64,000 nucleotides of DNA. Source: Gammaproteobacteria bacterium. Lineage in GTDB: Bacteria > Pseudomonadota > Gammaproteobacteria > Pseudomonadales > Azotimanducaceae. Made by a program: the position numbers and the translations under genes. The first letter of the stretch is position 1. Each line of letters opens with the position of its first letter. Positions 1-10,365 of the stretch are shown piece by piece. The stretch spans positions 2,877-66,876 of the forward strand of contig JAUIAV010000025.1 in NCBI GenBank assembly GCA_030425195.1. Direction: 5' to 3'. The notes below the pieces were generated by a model. That model was given only the letters and a program-made list of their open reading frames with translations. It was not told where the DNA came from and made no database searches.

Positions 1-711
1 AATGAGGCCATTCTCAACCGGGCCGAAGCACGCTTCGGCGTGGAACCGGCGTACGTGGTCGCCATCCTGGGTGTGGAAACCCGATATGGACGCATCACCG
101 GCAGCTATCGGGTGCTGGACGCGCTGACCACGCTCGCATTCGACTATCCGCCCCGTGCGGACTTCTTCCGCAGGGAGCTCACCGAATATCTGCTGCTGGC
201 TCGCGAAGAGGCGGAGGATCCGACCACGTTCACGGGATCCTACGCCGGCGCCATGGGTTACGGTCAGTTCATACCGTCGAGCTACCGGGCCTATGCCGTG
301 GATTTCGACGACGACGGCAGCCGCGACATCTGGGCCAACGAGTCGGATGCCATCGGCAGCGTGGCGAACTACTTCAGCCGGCACGGCTGGAAGCCCGGTG
401 AACGGGTTGCGGTGCCGGTGACGCTGGCCGACGGCTCGGCGGACGCCGTGGCCAACGAATCTCTGAACCTGAAGCGTACGGTAGGCGAGCTCACCGGAAT
501 GGGCGTCGTCGCTCCGGATCTGGATCCCGCAGCGCCAGCGAATCTCTATCGCATGATGCAGGAAGACGGCCCTGAGTACTGGCTCGGCCTCAACAACTTC
601 TACGTCATCACCCGGTACAACAGAAGCCGTCTGTATGCGCTGGCCGTGCACGAGCTCAGCCAGGCCATCGCAGCTGCCCGGGAAGCCGGTGCAGCAGGGG
701 CGGCAGAGTGA
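1..711 (+). CDS. mltB: Lytic murein transglycosylase B, 5'-truncated by the window edge
   Basis: The frame is open from base 1. It has the GVETRYGR catalytic-Glu region and MltB-like sequence throughout. Its stop overlaps the rlpA GTG start (GTGA at 708-711). Confidence 0.85.
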   Translation, partial: NEAILNRAEARFGVEPAYVVAILGVETRYGRITGSYRVLDALTTLAFDYPPRADFFRRELTEYLLLAREEAEDPTTFTGSYAGAMGYGQFIPSSYRAYAVDFDDDGSRDIWANESDAIGSVANYFSRHGWKPGERVAVPVTLADGSADAVANESLNLKRTVGELTGMGVVAPDLDPAAPANLYRMMQEDGPEYWLGLNNFYVITRYNRSRLYALAVHELSQAIAAAREAGAAGAAE

Positions 712-1463
712 AGGCCGGCCTGCTGCTCGCGGTATCCGCCGGCCTGCTGCTCGCAGGCTGTCAGTCCAGCCCGTCGGCACGCAAGCACGAGGAGCAGGAC
801 GGCCCGCCGCTGGTGGAGCCTGCGGGTCTCGCCCACCTGCCGGATCCGGAGATCCGCCACGAACGACCCACCAAACGCGGCAACCCCAGCAGTTACACGG
901 TGCTGGGTAAGACTTATTACGTCATGAACTCGGCCGCCGGATATGACGCGGTGGGTAACGCCTCGTGGTACGGCCGGAAGTTTCACGGGCGCCTGACTTC
1001 GTCGGGCGAGCCTTTCGACATGTACGAGCTCACCGCCGCACACCGCACCCTGCCGATTCCGGCCTACGCGAGAGTGACCAATCTGGACAACGGCCGGACC
1101 ACGATCGTGCGGATCAACGACCGCGGTCCTTTTCACGACAACCGCATCATCGATCTGTCCTACGCGGCGGCGGTGAAGCTCGGCTTTGCCGCCATCGGCA
1201 CCGCCCGTGTCAGGGTGGAGGTGATGGAGCCCGGTAATCGCTACGTGCTCCAGGCAGGCGCATTCTCGGATCTGAACCGGGCGGATCGTCTGAAGGCCGC
1301 GCTCGGTGAGCTTACGGGCGAGCCGACCTATGTGGTCAAGGTGTCGGGTGAGTCCCTGTACCGGGTCCGGCTCGGGCCGATTCGAGGACGGGGCGAGGCC
1401 GAACGGCTGCAGGGTCTCATCCATGCTGCAGACTTCGGCTCCGCGCTGATACTGCCGCACTGA
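708..1463 (+). CDS. rlpA: Septal ring lytic transglycosylase RlpA (DPBB + SPOR lipoprotein)
   Basis: Lipobox LLLAGC. DPBB core ASWYGRKFHGRLTSSGEPFD..AAHRTLP..ARVTNLDNGR..VRINDRGPF. C-terminal SPOR-like region (YVLQAGAFS...YRVRLGP). Confidence 0.9.
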   Translation: MKAGLLLAVSAGLLLAGCQSSPSARKHEEQDGPPLVEPAGLAHLPDPEIRHERPTKRGNPSSYTVLGKTYYVMNSAAGYDAVGNASWYGRKFHGRLTSSGEPFDMYELTAAHRTLPIPAYARVTNLDNGRTTIVRINDRGPFHDNRIIDLSYAAAVKLGFAAIGTARVRVEVMEPGNRYVLQAGAFSDLNRADRLKAALGELTGEPTYVVKVSGESLYRVRLGPIRGRGEAERLQGLIHAADFGSALILPH

Positions 1464-1550
1464 TCGGCCCCCGCAGCCGCGAGGGCCGTTTTCCGGGCCG
1501 GTCGGGGGTTGGTGTAAACTTCGCCGACCCCCCAAGATCGAGGCCCCCCA

Positions 1551-2774
1551 ATGCAGCAGCTTTTTGCATTCTCGATGCCGCGAGCCCTGCCCGGATCTGC
1601 GGTGATTCTGATCAGCGCCTGTCTGACCGTGGCGGCGCTGCTGAGCACGCCGCACGCGCGGGCGGCGGACAAGCCCATCATTCCTCCACCTCCGCAGGTG
1701 GCCGCAAGCTCCTATCTGCTGATGGACGCGGATACCCGGGAAGTCCTGGTGGAGCACAATTCCAATGAGCCCCTGCCGCCGGCAAGCCTGACCAAGATCA
1801 TGACCGCCTATCTGGCCGCCATAGAGCTGGAAGCCGGCCGCATCCGGCTCACGGATCAGGTTCCCATCAGCGTCAAGGCCTGGCGTGCGCCGGGGTCACG
1901 GATGTTCGTCCGGGAAGGCACCCGGGTAGGTCTCGAAGATCTGCTGAAAGGGATCATAATCCAGTCCGGCAACGATGCGAGCGTTGCCGTGGCCGAGCAC
2001 ATTGCCGGCAGCGAGGATGCGTTTGCCAGCATGATGAATCAGCAGGCTGCCGTGCTCGGCATGCACTCGAGCCATTTCGCCAACGCAACGGGACTGCCGT
2101 CGGATGGACATCAGTCTTCGGCCTGGGACCTGGCGCTGCTGACGGTCGACCTGATCAACCGGTTTCCGGAGCACTACGCTTTCTACTCGGAGCGCTCCTT
2201 CACCTATAACGACATCGAGCAGCCGAACCGGAACCGTCTCCTGTGGCGCGACCGGACCGTCGACGGCGTCAAGACCGGTCATACCGAGGAAGCCGGCTAC
2301 TGCCTGGTGGCTTCCGCCCTGCGCGGCAACATGCGGCTGATCTCCGTGGTGATGGGGACGGACAGCGAAGAGGCGCGGATGCGGGAGAGCCAGAAGCTGC
2401 TCTCCTATGGCTTCCGTTATTTCGAAACTCAGAAGCTCTACGATGCGGATGTGCCGTTGAAGACTGCACGGATCTACTACGGTGAGCAGGAGGAGCTGCC
2501 CATGGGTGTGGCCGAATCGGTTTCACTGACCATTCCCCGCGGCTCTTACGAGGATCTGGCACCGGCACTCGTCGTGCCGAACACCCTCGAAGCGCCGGTG
2601 CGCACCGGCGACGAAGTAGGTGAGATCGTGCTCAGCCTTTATGGCGAGGAGGTCTATCGTGCACCTCTGGTCGCGCTCGAGGAAGTGGCCGAAGCGGGCG
2701 TGTTCTCCCGTCTGTCCGACTGGATCAGCCTCTTCTTCGCCGACCTGCTCGGCTCGGGCGACGGGGAAAGCTGA
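1551..2774 (+). CDS. dacA: D-alanyl-D-alanine carboxypeptidase (PBP5/6 class)
   Basis: Signal peptide plus SxxK (SLTK), SxN (SGND) and KTG (KTGHT) motifs. Sits in the conserved rlpA-dacA-ybeD-lipB context. Confidence 0.9.
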   Translation: MQQLFAFSMPRALPGSAVILISACLTVAALLSTPHARAADKPIIPPPPQVAASSYLLMDADTREVLVEHNSNEPLPPASLTKIMTAYLAAIELEAGRIRLTDQVPISVKAWRAPGSRMFVREGTRVGLEDLLKGIIIQSGNDASVAVAEHIAGSEDAFASMMNQQAAVLGMHSSHFANATGLPSDGHQSSAWDLALLTVDLINRFPEHYAFYSERSFTYNDIEQPNRNRLLWRDRTVDGVKTGHTEEAGYCLVASALRGNMRLISVVMGTDSEEARMRESQKLLSYGFRYFETQKLYDADVPLKTARIYYGEQEELPMGVAESVSLTIPRGSYEDLAPALVVPNTLEAPVRTGDEVGEIVLSLYGEEVYRAPLVALEEVAEAGVFSRLSDWISLFFADLLGSGDGES

Positions 2775-2786
2775 GCGGACTGCGGC

Positions 2787-3053
2787 GTGGACGAGAAACC
2801 CGTCATCGAGTTCCCGGTGGAAGCGTATCCGATCAAGGTGATCGGTTCGGCGGGTGAGGAGTTCGCCAGTCACGTGGCTGCCATCGTCCGGATGCACGAT
2901 CAGGCGTTCGAAGCCGAACGGGTGGTGGAACGGCCGAGCAGCAGGGGCAACTACGTCTCCCTGCGGCTGTCCATCCGGGCTACCTCCGAGGCGCAGCTGA
3001 AGGCGCTGCACCGGGATCTGATGGCGCATCCTCTGGTCAAGCTGGTGCTCTGA
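2787..3053 (+). CDS. ybeD: YbeD/DUF493 family protein
   Basis: 88 aa with an [13 protein letters not shown] start typical of YbeD. Located between dacA and lipB. Its stop overlaps the lipB ATG (TGATG). Confidence 0.8.
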   Translation: MDEKPVIEFPVEAYPIKVIGSAGEEFASHVAAIVRMHDQAFEAERVVERPSSRGNYVSLRLSIRATSEAQLKALHRDLMAHPLVKLVL

Positions 3054-3709
3054 TGAGCACGCCCGCAGTGATCGTCCGGGATCTGGGCCGCACCCCTTAC
3101 GAGCCCGTCTTTGCCGACATGCGCGCGTTCACGGATGCCAGAGGGGCGGATACCCCCGACGAGATCTGGTTGACCGAGCACCATCCGGTCTTCACCCAGG
3201 GCCAGGCGGGCAGGGCAGAACACCTGCTCATGCCCGGTGACATACCGGTGGTTCAGTCGGACCGGGGTGGCCAGGTGACCTATCACGGTCCGGGCCAGAT
3301 CACGGGCTATCTGCTCTTCGACCTGCGTCGGCTGGGGGTGTCCGTGCGCGGCCTGGTCAGCGGCATCGAGCAGGCCATGATCGATACCCTGGCCGGATAC
3401 GGTATCGGTGCCGCGGCCCGTTCGGACGCCCCGGGTGTCTACGTGAACGGTGCCAAGATCGGCTCACTCGGTCTGCGGGTCCGTCGCGGTTGCAGCTACC
3501 ACGGGCTGGCGCTGAACGTGAACATGGATCTGGAGCCGTTTACCCGGATCAATCCGTGCGGCCTCACGGACACTCCGGTCACGCAGATCGTCGATCTGGG
3601 CGGTCCCGGCGATCTCGATCAGGTGCGTTCGGATCTCCTGGCCAGTCTGGCGCAGTCCTTCGGCGTCAGTCCCCGCAGACCGGACAGTTCGGATCCTTCG
3701 GCAGCCTGA
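3053..3709 (+). CDS. lipB: Octanoyltransferase LipB
   Basis: [12 protein letters not shown] motif, the GAKIGSLG lysine region and an NPCG cysteine. The last ~14 codons overlap the convergent moeB 3' end. Confidence 0.9.
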   Translation: MSTPAVIVRDLGRTPYEPVFADMRAFTDARGADTPDEIWLTEHHPVFTQGQAGRAEHLLMPGDIPVVQSDRGGQVTYHGPGQITGYLLFDLRRLGVSVRGLVSGIEQAMIDTLAGYGIGAAARSDAPGVYVNGAKIGSLGLRVRRGCSYHGLALNVNMDLEPFTRINPCGLTDTPVTQIVDLGGPGDLDQVRSDLLASLAQSFGVSPRRPDSSDPSAA

Positions 3710-4415
3710 GACGCCGCCACTCCATACGCTTCCCGTCGAAGTAGAGCACGTAGCCGGTCAGCGTCTCGCCGACCCCGGTGATCAGCTTGATGGTCTCCAT
3801 GGCCTGACAGGTGCCGATCACCCCCACCAGAGGTGCGATCACACCGTTCTCCGAGCAGTTCAGCGCGCCGTCGTCGCCTTCGGCATACAGACATCGGTAA
3901 CAGGGTGATTCCGGATCTCTTGCATCGAACAGTGCGACCTGGCCCTCCCAGCGAATGGCCGCCGCGGAAACCAGCGGTACCCGGGTGCGCACACAGGCCC
4001 GGTTCAGCTCGAATCGGACCTCGAAGTTATCCGTAGCGTCGACCACCACCGTGGACCGGGACACGGCCTGCTCGAGAAGATCACCCTCGAGTCTGTGCGG
4101 AATGCGCTCCAGAGTGATGTCCGGATTGATGCCTGCCAGCGTGTCTGCGGCGGAGTCCACCTTGAGACGTCCGATGCCTGCCTGGCTGTGCACGATCTGA
4201 CGCTGGAGGTTCGAAAGATCCACCCTGTCATGGTCACAGAGGATCAGGCGACCCACCCCCGCCGTCGCGAGATAGAGGGCCGCCGGGGAACCGAGTCCGC
4301 CCAGGCCGACGATGAGCACGGTGGCCTCGAGCAGCTTTTCCTGCCCGGCTACGTCCACCTCCGGCAGCATGATCTGGCGGCTGTAGCGCAGCAGCTGTTC
4401 GTCGTTCATGTCCAT
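3666..4415 (-). CDS. moeB: Molybdopterin-synthase adenylyltransferase MoeB (ThiF/E1-like)
   Basis: [18 protein letters not shown], a GLGGLGSP nucleotide loop, and CYRC / CPVCG zinc cysteines. The start is trimmed to the MDMNDEQ ATG at 4415; the track ORF extends to 4499. Confidence 0.85.
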   Translation of the reverse strand: MDMNDEQLLRYSRQIMLPEVDVAGQEKLLEATVLIVGLGGLGSPAALYLATAGVGRLILCDHDRVDLSNLQRQIVHSQAGIGRLKVDSAADTLAGINPDITLERIPHRLEGDLLEQAVSRSTVVVDATDNFEVRFELNRACVRTRVPLVSAAAIRWEGQVALFDARDPESPCYRCLYAEGDDGALNCSENGVIAPLVGVIGTCQAMETIKLITGVGETLTGYVLYFDGKRMEWRRLRLPKDPNCPVCGD

Positions 4416-4444
4416 GCGATTCGATCGGATCCGGTTGTGCGGCC

Positions 4445-5245
4445 TCAGTTGCGTCGGCCCAGGGTGACCCGCGGCTGTCCGCCCGGGTCTGTGCGACACT
4501 CTATCGCCTCGAAGCCTGCTGCGGCAAAAGCCGACGCTGCCTGAGCGGACTGATCGAATCCGTGTTCCACCAGCAGCCAGCCGCCGCCTGCGAGAAAGTC
4601 CGGCGAACGGGCGATGATGCGCTTCAGATCGTCCATCCCATCCGGCCCGCTGACAAGGGCCCCGACGGGCTCGTATCTGAGCGCAGGCAGGTGGGGATAG
4701 CCTTCGGCCACGTAAGGTGGATTGGCGACGATGACGTCGAAAAGACCACTCACGCTGGAAAACCAGTCGCTATGCAGAAACCTGACCGGCGCTTTCAGCC
4801 GCTCCGCGTTACCGGCGGCGACTGCGAGGGCCCGGGGACTTCTGTCCGCGGCGAGCACTTCGAATTCGCCGGCTCTAGCCAGCGCGATGGCGATGGCGCC
4901 GCTGCCGGTGCCGAGGTCGAGGATGCGGCAGCCGGACGTCGCCCGTTCCAGTGCGGCTTCCACCAGGGTTTCGGTTTCCGGCCGGGGCACGAGCACGTCG
5001 GGCGTAATCGAGAGATCGAAATCCCAGAAACTCCATTCCCCGAGAACGTAGGCCAGCGGCTCGCCGGATCGGAGTCTGGTCACGTCTGCCGTCAGCGTCT
5101 CCGTCATCTCCGGTGTCAGCGGGATGTCCCGATTCAGCATCAGCCCGGCCCGATCCGTACCCAATCGGTGGCAGAGGAGAAAGTGCAGGTCCGATTCCGG
5201 CAGCCCGCGCTGTCCTGCGAGCCAGCCGGACAGGGTGGTGCTCAC
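4445..5245 (-). CDS. prmC: Release factor glutamine N5-methyltransferase PrmC (HemK)
   Basis: NPPY motif and a [13 protein letters not shown]-binding loop. The GTG start overlaps the prfA stop (GTGA at 5242-5245). The longer 370-aa track ORF is a read-through into prfA. Confidence 0.9.
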   Translation of the reverse strand: MSTTLSGWLAGQRGLPESDLHFLLCHRLGTDRAGLMLNRDIPLTPEMTETLTADVTRLRSGEPLAYVLGEWSFWDFDLSITPDVLVPRPETETLVEAALERATSGCRILDLGTGSGAIAIALARAGEFEVLAADRSPRALAVAAGNAERLKAPVRFLHSDWFSSVSGLFDVIVANPPYVAEGYPHLPALRYEPVGALVSGPDGMDDLKRIIARSPDFLAGGGWLLVEHGFDQSAQAASAFAAAGFEAIECRTDPGGQPRVTLGRRN

Positions 5246-6336
5246 TGAGCTTCCCCGAGAGATTTCAGTTTGTCGGCCTGATCTTCCTGGATCAGCGGCT
5301 GCACCACGTGATCGAGGTCGCCTTCGATCACCTCGTCGAGCTTGTAGAGTGTGAGGTTGATGCGGTGATCCGTCACCCGGCTCTGGGGGAAGTTGTAGGT
5401 TCGGATGCGCTCCGATCGGTCGCCGGAGCCGACCAGTGACTTCCGGGTCTCGGCCTGCTCGGCCTGCTGCTCGGACTGGGCCATGTCCAGCAGTTTGGCC
5501 TGAAGGAGCGACAGCGCCCGTGCCCGGTTCTTGTGCTGGGAACGTTCGTCCTGACACTCCACCACGATGCCGGTGGGCAGGTGCGTGAGGCGGATGGCGG
5601 AGTCCGTCTTGTTCACGTGCTGACCGCCGGCGCCGGATGCCCGGAAGGTATCTTCTCTCAGATCCTTCTTGTCGATTTCGATTGAATTGATTTCGTCCAC
5701 CTCCGGCATCACGGCCACCGTGCAGGCGCTCGTGTGGATGCGGCCCTGGGACTCCGTTTCCGGTACCCGCTGGACCCGATGGGCCCCGGACTCGAATTTC
5801 AGCTGGGAGTACACGTCCTGTCCGGAGATCCTGGAGATGATTTCCTTGAAGCCACCGTGCTCGCCGGGTTTTTCGTTCAGCACCTCCAGCTGCCAGCCTT
5901 TCCGCTCCGCGAACTTCGAGTACATGCGGAACAGGTCGCCGGAGAAGATGGCGGCCTCGTCGCCGCCGGTACCGGCACGGATTTCCAGAAAAACGTTGGC
6001 ACCGTCGTTGGGGTCCCGGGGCAGCAGGAGTTTCTTGAGCGCCGTTTCCGTGTCCTCGAGTTCCGAATCGAGCCGCTGTGCGTCTTCTTCGGCGAGCGCG
6101 CGCATGTCCGGGTCCTCGTCTTCGGCCAGCGCCTTCGCGTCCTCGAGCTCGCCGGTCAGTGACTCGTAGCGCCTGAAGCAGGCGATCACCGGCTCGATTT
6201 CAGCGAACTCCTTGGACAGCGCGGTGAACTGATCACGATTGCCCATCACCTCCGGGTCCGCGAGGAGGGCGGCGACCTCGTCATAACGGTCGGTCAGACC
6301 CGACAGCTTGGCCGTCATGGAATCCGATAGGCTCAT
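5242..6336 (-). CDS. prfA: Peptide chain release factor 1
   Basis: [11 protein letters not shown] (GGQ) motif, RF1-type sequence, and the hemA-prfA-prmC order. Confidence 0.97.
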   Translation of the reverse strand: MSLSDSMTAKLSGLTDRYDEVAALLADPEVMGNRDQFTALSKEFAEIEPVIACFRRYESLTGELEDAKALAEDEDPDMRALAEEDAQRLDSELEDTETALKKLLLPRDPNDGANVFLEIRAGTGGDEAAIFSGDLFRMYSKFAERKGWQLEVLNEKPGEHGGFKEIISRISGQDVYSQLKFESGAHRVQRVPETESQGRIHTSACTVAVMPEVDEINSIEIDKKDLREDTFRASGAGGQHVNKTDSAIRLTHLPTGIVVECQDERSQHKNRARALSLLQAKLLDMAQSEQQAEQAETRKSLVGSGDRSERIRTYNFPQSRVTDHRINLTLYKLDEVIEGDLDHVVQPLIQEDQADKLKSLGEAQ

Positions 6337-6342
6337 GAAACG

Positions 6343-7596
6343 TCAGTCCAGGTGATACAGGGTTTTCAGGTACTCGAGCAGATCGGCACGCCCGTCGGCT
6401 GCCGCGTTGCGGATGGCCGTGGTGGGCGGATGGATGAGCTTGTTGGTGAGACCGCGGCTGAAGCGTTCCAGGATCGCCTGCGGTTCACCGCCGCGACCGA
6501 GTTCCTTCAGCGCCTTCTCCAGCTCGGCCTGCTGGATGCGTTCGGCGTTGTCCCGGAACTGGCGCAGCATGGCCTGTCCATGATGGGCGCGGCGTTCCCG
6601 GAGGTAGTGATCTGCGCCGTCGGTAACCATGGATTCCGCATTCTCGGCTGCCTCGCGCCGGGACCGGACGTTTTCCTCGATGATCTGCGTCAGATCGTCG
6701 ATGGTGTACAGATAAACGTCCGGCAGCTCGGCGGCTTCAGGTTCCACGTCCCTGGGAACGGCGATGTCGACCACGAATATGGGCTTATGGCGGCGCTGCT
6801 TGATCGCTGCCTCCAGAGCGCCCTTGCCGACCACGGGCAGCGAGCTGCCCGTGGACGCGATCACGATGTCGTATTCGTGCAGGTGGGCGGCCACGTCCGT
6901 GAGCTGCATGGGCACCGCGTCGAATCTTGCCGCCAGGCTCTCCGCGTTGGTGAGGGTCCGGTTGGCGATGGCCATCCCGGCCACGCCGAACTCCGCCAGG
7001 TGCTCGGCCACCCGCTGAATCGTATCGCCGGCGCCGAGCAGCAGGGCGCGTGTGTCTTTCAGGTCGGTGAAAATCTGCTGCGCCAGGCTGACGGCGGCGT
7101 AGGCCACCGAAACCGGATTCCGGCCGATGTCCGTGTCCGTGCGCACCCGCTTGGCGGCAGACAGGGTGATCTGGGACAGCAGTGAAAGCTCCGGACCCAC
7201 CGTACCGGCAGTCCGGGCCAGATCGTAGGCGGACTTCACCTGGCCCATGATCTGGGGTTCACCGAGCACCTGTGAGTCCAGGCCGGAAGCGACCCGGATC
7301 AGATGACGGGCCGCGTCCTGGTCCCAGTGACTGTAGGCAACGGCTTCGATTTCCGCGGGTGCGATCGCCCGCTCATCCGCCAGCCACTCCACCACGTTCC
7401 GCTCCCGGTTCGGATCCATGGAGAGGTAGAGCTCGGTTCTGTTGCAGGTGGAGATGATGGCGGCCTCCGAGACGCTGGGAATGCTGCGCGTGGCGGCCAG
7501 CAAAGCGTCTCCCAGGGTTTCCTCGGGAAAAGCGATCCGCTCCCGGAATTCCACGGGTGCCGTGCGGTAGCTGACGCCGTATGCCAATATCGCCAT
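6343..7596 (-). CDS. hemA: Glutamyl-tRNA reductase
   Basis: N-terminus MAILAYGVSYRTAPVEFRE, active-site STCNRTE, and an NADPH-binding GAGDT region. Confidence 0.95.
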   Translation of the reverse strand: MAILAYGVSYRTAPVEFRERIAFPEETLGDALLAATRSIPSVSEAAIISTCNRTELYLSMDPNRERNVVEWLADERAIAPAEIEAVAYSHWDQDAARHLIRVASGLDSQVLGEPQIMGQVKSAYDLARTAGTVGPELSLLSQITLSAAKRVRTDTDIGRNPVSVAYAAVSLAQQIFTDLKDTRALLLGAGDTIQRVAEHLAEFGVAGMAIANRTLTNAESLAARFDAVPMQLTDVAAHLHEYDIVIASTGSSLPVVGKGALEAAIKQRRHKPIFVVDIAVPRDVEPEAAELPDVYLYTIDDLTQIIEENVRSRREAAENAESMVTDGADHYLRERRAHHGQAMLRQFRDNAERIQQAELEKALKELGRGGEPQAILERFSRGLTNKLIHPPTTAIRNAAADGRADLLEYLKTLYHLD

Positions 7597-7717
7597 TTCC
7601 AGAACTTCGAAAAACCTGAATGCACGCTCCGCTGAGCGGCTCTGCTCGGAACGCGCATTCTATCGCAAGTGACGATCCGGCGGACTTGTATAACTTACTA
7701 TTTTTAAAGGTGTTTCC

Positions 7718-8308
7718 GTGAAGGTGATTCCCCGGTTGGCCTGTTGGCGGCGGCTGACCGGGGCGATGCTGATCGCGGCGCCGCTCCTGATCGCCGGCTG
7801 CGCGGGACTGCCCGGCATGCCGGAGTCGCCGGAGACCTTCGTGCTCACGGGCAAGGTCGGGGTCCGGGAAGCCCGGGAAAGCTTCAGCGCCAATCTGCTC
7901 TGGCATCAGAAAGGGGAGGCCTTCGACATCGACCTGTGGGGTCCGCTGGGCCAGGGTCGGGTGAAACTCGTTAAAAAAGGTGACGGAATAGAGCTGCGCT
8001 CGGACCAGGGGGTACTCGCGGCCGGCGAGGCGGATGCCGTCATGCGCGAGCATCTCGGCTGGAGCCTGCCCGTGGACGTGCTGCCCGCCTGGGTGCAGGG
8101 AACGCCCTATGCGGGAGAGCCGGCCGAGGCGGTGGTCCGGGATGCCGATGGCCGCCTCACAGGCTTCTCGCAGCTTGGCTGGGCGGTGGTGCTCGAGCGA
8201 TACCAGGCCATTCAGGATGGGGCTTCTGCCCGGGATCTGCCCACCCGGATCACGGCCACCCGGGAAGGTGCCAGGGTTCGCCTGGTGGTTTCCGAATGGC
8301 GGCTCTGA
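7718..8308 (+). CDS. lolB: Outer-membrane lipoprotein insertion protein LolB
   Basis: GTG start and lipobox LIAGC. About 190 aa, divergent from hemA as in E. coli and Pseudomonas, with the F.A.L.W...G.F.IDL.GPLGQ pattern. Confidence 0.8.
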   Translation: MKVIPRLACWRRLTGAMLIAAPLLIAGCAGLPGMPESPETFVLTGKVGVREARESFSANLLWHQKGEAFDIDLWGPLGQGRVKLVKKGDGIELRSDQGVLAAGEADAVMREHLGWSLPVDVLPAWVQGTPYAGEPAEAVVRDADGRLTGFSQLGWAVVLERYQAIQDGASARDLPTRITATREGARVRLVVSEWRL

Positions 8309-8381
8309 CCCGAAGGCTTCCTGGCCCATTAACCCTTTGATTTCGTGGCTTTTCGGCCCAATGTCCGCCCGGGATGCTGGT

Positions 8382-8410
8382 TTGACAGCAACGGGGCGCG
8401 TGCGCAAAAT
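8382..8410 (+). promoter_or_regulatory. Putative sigma70 promoter for tRNA-Gln
   Basis: TTGACA (8382-8387), a 17-nt spacer, then CAAAAT (8405-8410), about 40 nt upstream of the tRNA 5' end. A GCCCGGG-tga-CCCGGGC hairpin (8423-8439) lies in the leader. Confidence 0.4.
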
Positions 8411-8449
8411 AGCGCCCCCTTCGCCCGGGTGACCCGGGCGATTGACGTC

Positions 8450-8524
8450 TGGGGTGTCGCCAAGTGGTAAGGCAGCGGGTTTTGATCCCGCCATGCGCAG
8501 GTTCGAATCCTGCCACCCCAGCCA
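8450..8524 (+). tRNA. tRNA-Gln (anticodon UUG)
   Basis: 75 nt. Acceptor TGGGGTG/CACCCCA plus a GCCA 3' end. Anticodon arm GCGGG-TTTTGAT-CCCGC. T-arm GGTTCGAATCC. Near-identical architecture to E. coli glnU. Confidence 0.95.
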
Positions 8525-8589
8525 TATGACCGCCTGCGACTGAAGATCGCGGCACCCAACACGACCCGACTCACAACGACGAGATTACC

Positions 8590-9534
8590 GTGTCCGACCT
8601 GATGCTCTTCAGCGGCAGCGCCAATCGCGCGCTGGCCGCCAGCGTGGCGGCCGAGCTCAAGATCGAGCTGGGGGATGCGACCGTGGGGCGCTTCAGCGAC
8701 GGCGAGGTAAACGTGGAGATCCACGAGAACGTGCGCGGTCACGACGTATTTCTGCTCCAGTCCACCTGCGCGCCCACCAACGACAATCTGATGGAGCTCA
8801 TGATCATGGCGGATGCGATCCGCCGGGCATCGGCCACCCGGGTGACGGCAGTGATCCCCTACTTCGGCTATGCCCGGCAGGACCGACGGCCCCGCTCGGC
8901 TCGGGTATCGATCAGCGCCAAGGTGGTGGCCGACATGCTGGGCAGCGTCGGCATTGACCGGATGCTCACCGTCGATCTCCACGCAGATCAGATCCAGGGC
9001 TTCTTCAACATGCCCGTGGACAACGTCTATGCCTCGCCCGTGCTGGTGGATCACATGGTTTCCGCCGGCTACGAGAAACCGATCATCGTGTCTCCCGATG
9101 TGGGCGGTGTGGTCCGGGCCCGGGCCATCGCCAAGCAGGCGAATGATCTGGATCTGGCCATCATCGACAAGCGCCGTCCCCAGGCGAATGAAACCCGGGT
9201 GATGAACGTGATCGGTGACGTGAGCGGTAAGACCTGCGTGCTGGTGGATGACATCGTCGATACCGCCGGCACGCTGTGCACGGCGGCCGAGGCCCTCAAG
9301 GACGAAGGCGCGCTGGCCGTGTATGCCTACATCACCCACCCGGTACTGTCCGGCAGAGCCATCGAGCGGATAGCCGGCTCCACCATGGACGGCATGTACG
9401 TGACAGACACCATTCCGCTTTCAGAGGACGGCCAGGCCTGCGACAAGATCGTTCAGGTGAGCCTGTCTGCGGTACTCGCTGAGTCCATACGCCGGGTGAG
9501 CAACGAGGAATCCATCAGCGAGATGTTCAGGTAG
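8590..9534 (+). CDS. prs: Ribose-phosphate pyrophosphokinase (PRPP synthetase), canonical
   Basis: [32 protein letters not shown] and [10 protein letters not shown] motifs. The GTG at 8590 may be replaced by the ATG at 8602. Confidence 0.95.
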   Translation: MSDLMLFSGSANRALAASVAAELKIELGDATVGRFSDGEVNVEIHENVRGHDVFLLQSTCAPTNDNLMELMIMADAIRRASATRVTAVIPYFGYARQDRRPRSARVSISAKVVADMLGSVGIDRMLTVDLHADQIQGFFNMPVDNVYASPVLVDHMVSAGYEKPIIVSPDVGGVVRARAIAKQANDLDLAIIDKRRPQANETRVMNVIGDVSGKTCVLVDDIVDTAGTLCTAAEALKDEGALAVYAYITHPVLSGRAIERIAGSTMDGMYVTDTIPLSEDGQACDKIVQVSLSAVLAESIRRVSNEESISEMFR

Positions 9535-9645
9535 AACGGCTCGTGGATGAAAGAGGATCGATGCCTGGTCGCGAGCATCGGTTAACAGGTGACGACGGCG
9601 CGGTGATCGCCGCCCATCGTCGGTAAATGAAACTGAGGAACAGTT

Positions 9646-10335
9646 ATGTCTCAGAAAATTGAAGTCAACGCAGAGCTGCGTACGGACGTGGGGAAAGGTG
9701 CGAGCCGCCGCCTGCGCCGGTCGGGTGACAAAGTGCCCGGCATCATCTATGGCGCCGAGGATGACCCGGTCAACCTGACGCTGAACGCCAACGATCTGAA
9801 CAAGGCGATGCAGAGTGAAGCCTTCTTCTCTCAGATCCTCGACGTGAAGTTCGACGGCAAGAGCCAGCAGGCGGTACTTCGGGATCTGCAGCGGAATCCT
9901 GCAACGGAGCGGGTGCTGCACGTGGATTTCCTCCGCGTCAGTGCCAACAAGCCGATTCAGGTGAGCGTGCCGCTGCACTTCGTCAACGAAGACAAGTGCA
10001 AGGGTGTGCGCATGGGCGGCGGAACCATCGCTCACACCATGAACGAGGTGGAGATCAGCTGTCTGCCCAGACATCTGCCCGAGTACCTCGAGGTGTACAT
10101 GGCCGAGCTCGATGTGGGTGAGATCATTCACCTCTCTGACCTGGCTCTGCCGGAAGGCGTCACCATCATCGCTCTCAGCCATGACGACGACCGTGCCGTG
10201 GTCAGCGTTCAGGCACCGCGCGTGGAGACCGAAGAGGAAGAGGAAGTCCTGGAAGCGGCTGCCGAAGGCGAAGCCGGGGCGGACAGCGAGGAAGCACCTG
10301 CGGGCGGCGACGAGGAAGCGTCCGACGAGGACTGA
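9646..10335 (+). CDS. rplY: 50S ribosomal protein L25 / general stress protein Ctc
   Basis: Long Ctc-type L25 with an acidic C-terminal tail, GAGGAA RBS, and a position between prs and pth. Confidence 0.9.
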   Translation: MSQKIEVNAELRTDVGKGASRRLRRSGDKVPGIIYGAEDDPVNLTLNANDLNKAMQSEAFFSQILDVKFDGKSQQAVLRDLQRNPATERVLHVDFLRVSANKPIQVSVPLHFVNEDKCKGVRMGGGTIAHTMNEVEISCLPRHLPEYLEVYMAELDVGEIIHLSDLALPEGVTIIALSHDDDRAVVSVQAPRVETEEEEEVLEAAAEGEAGADSEEAPAGGDEEASDED

Positions 10336-10365
10336 TCCTCAGGGCCTGGCCCTTCGGGAGTGCAC

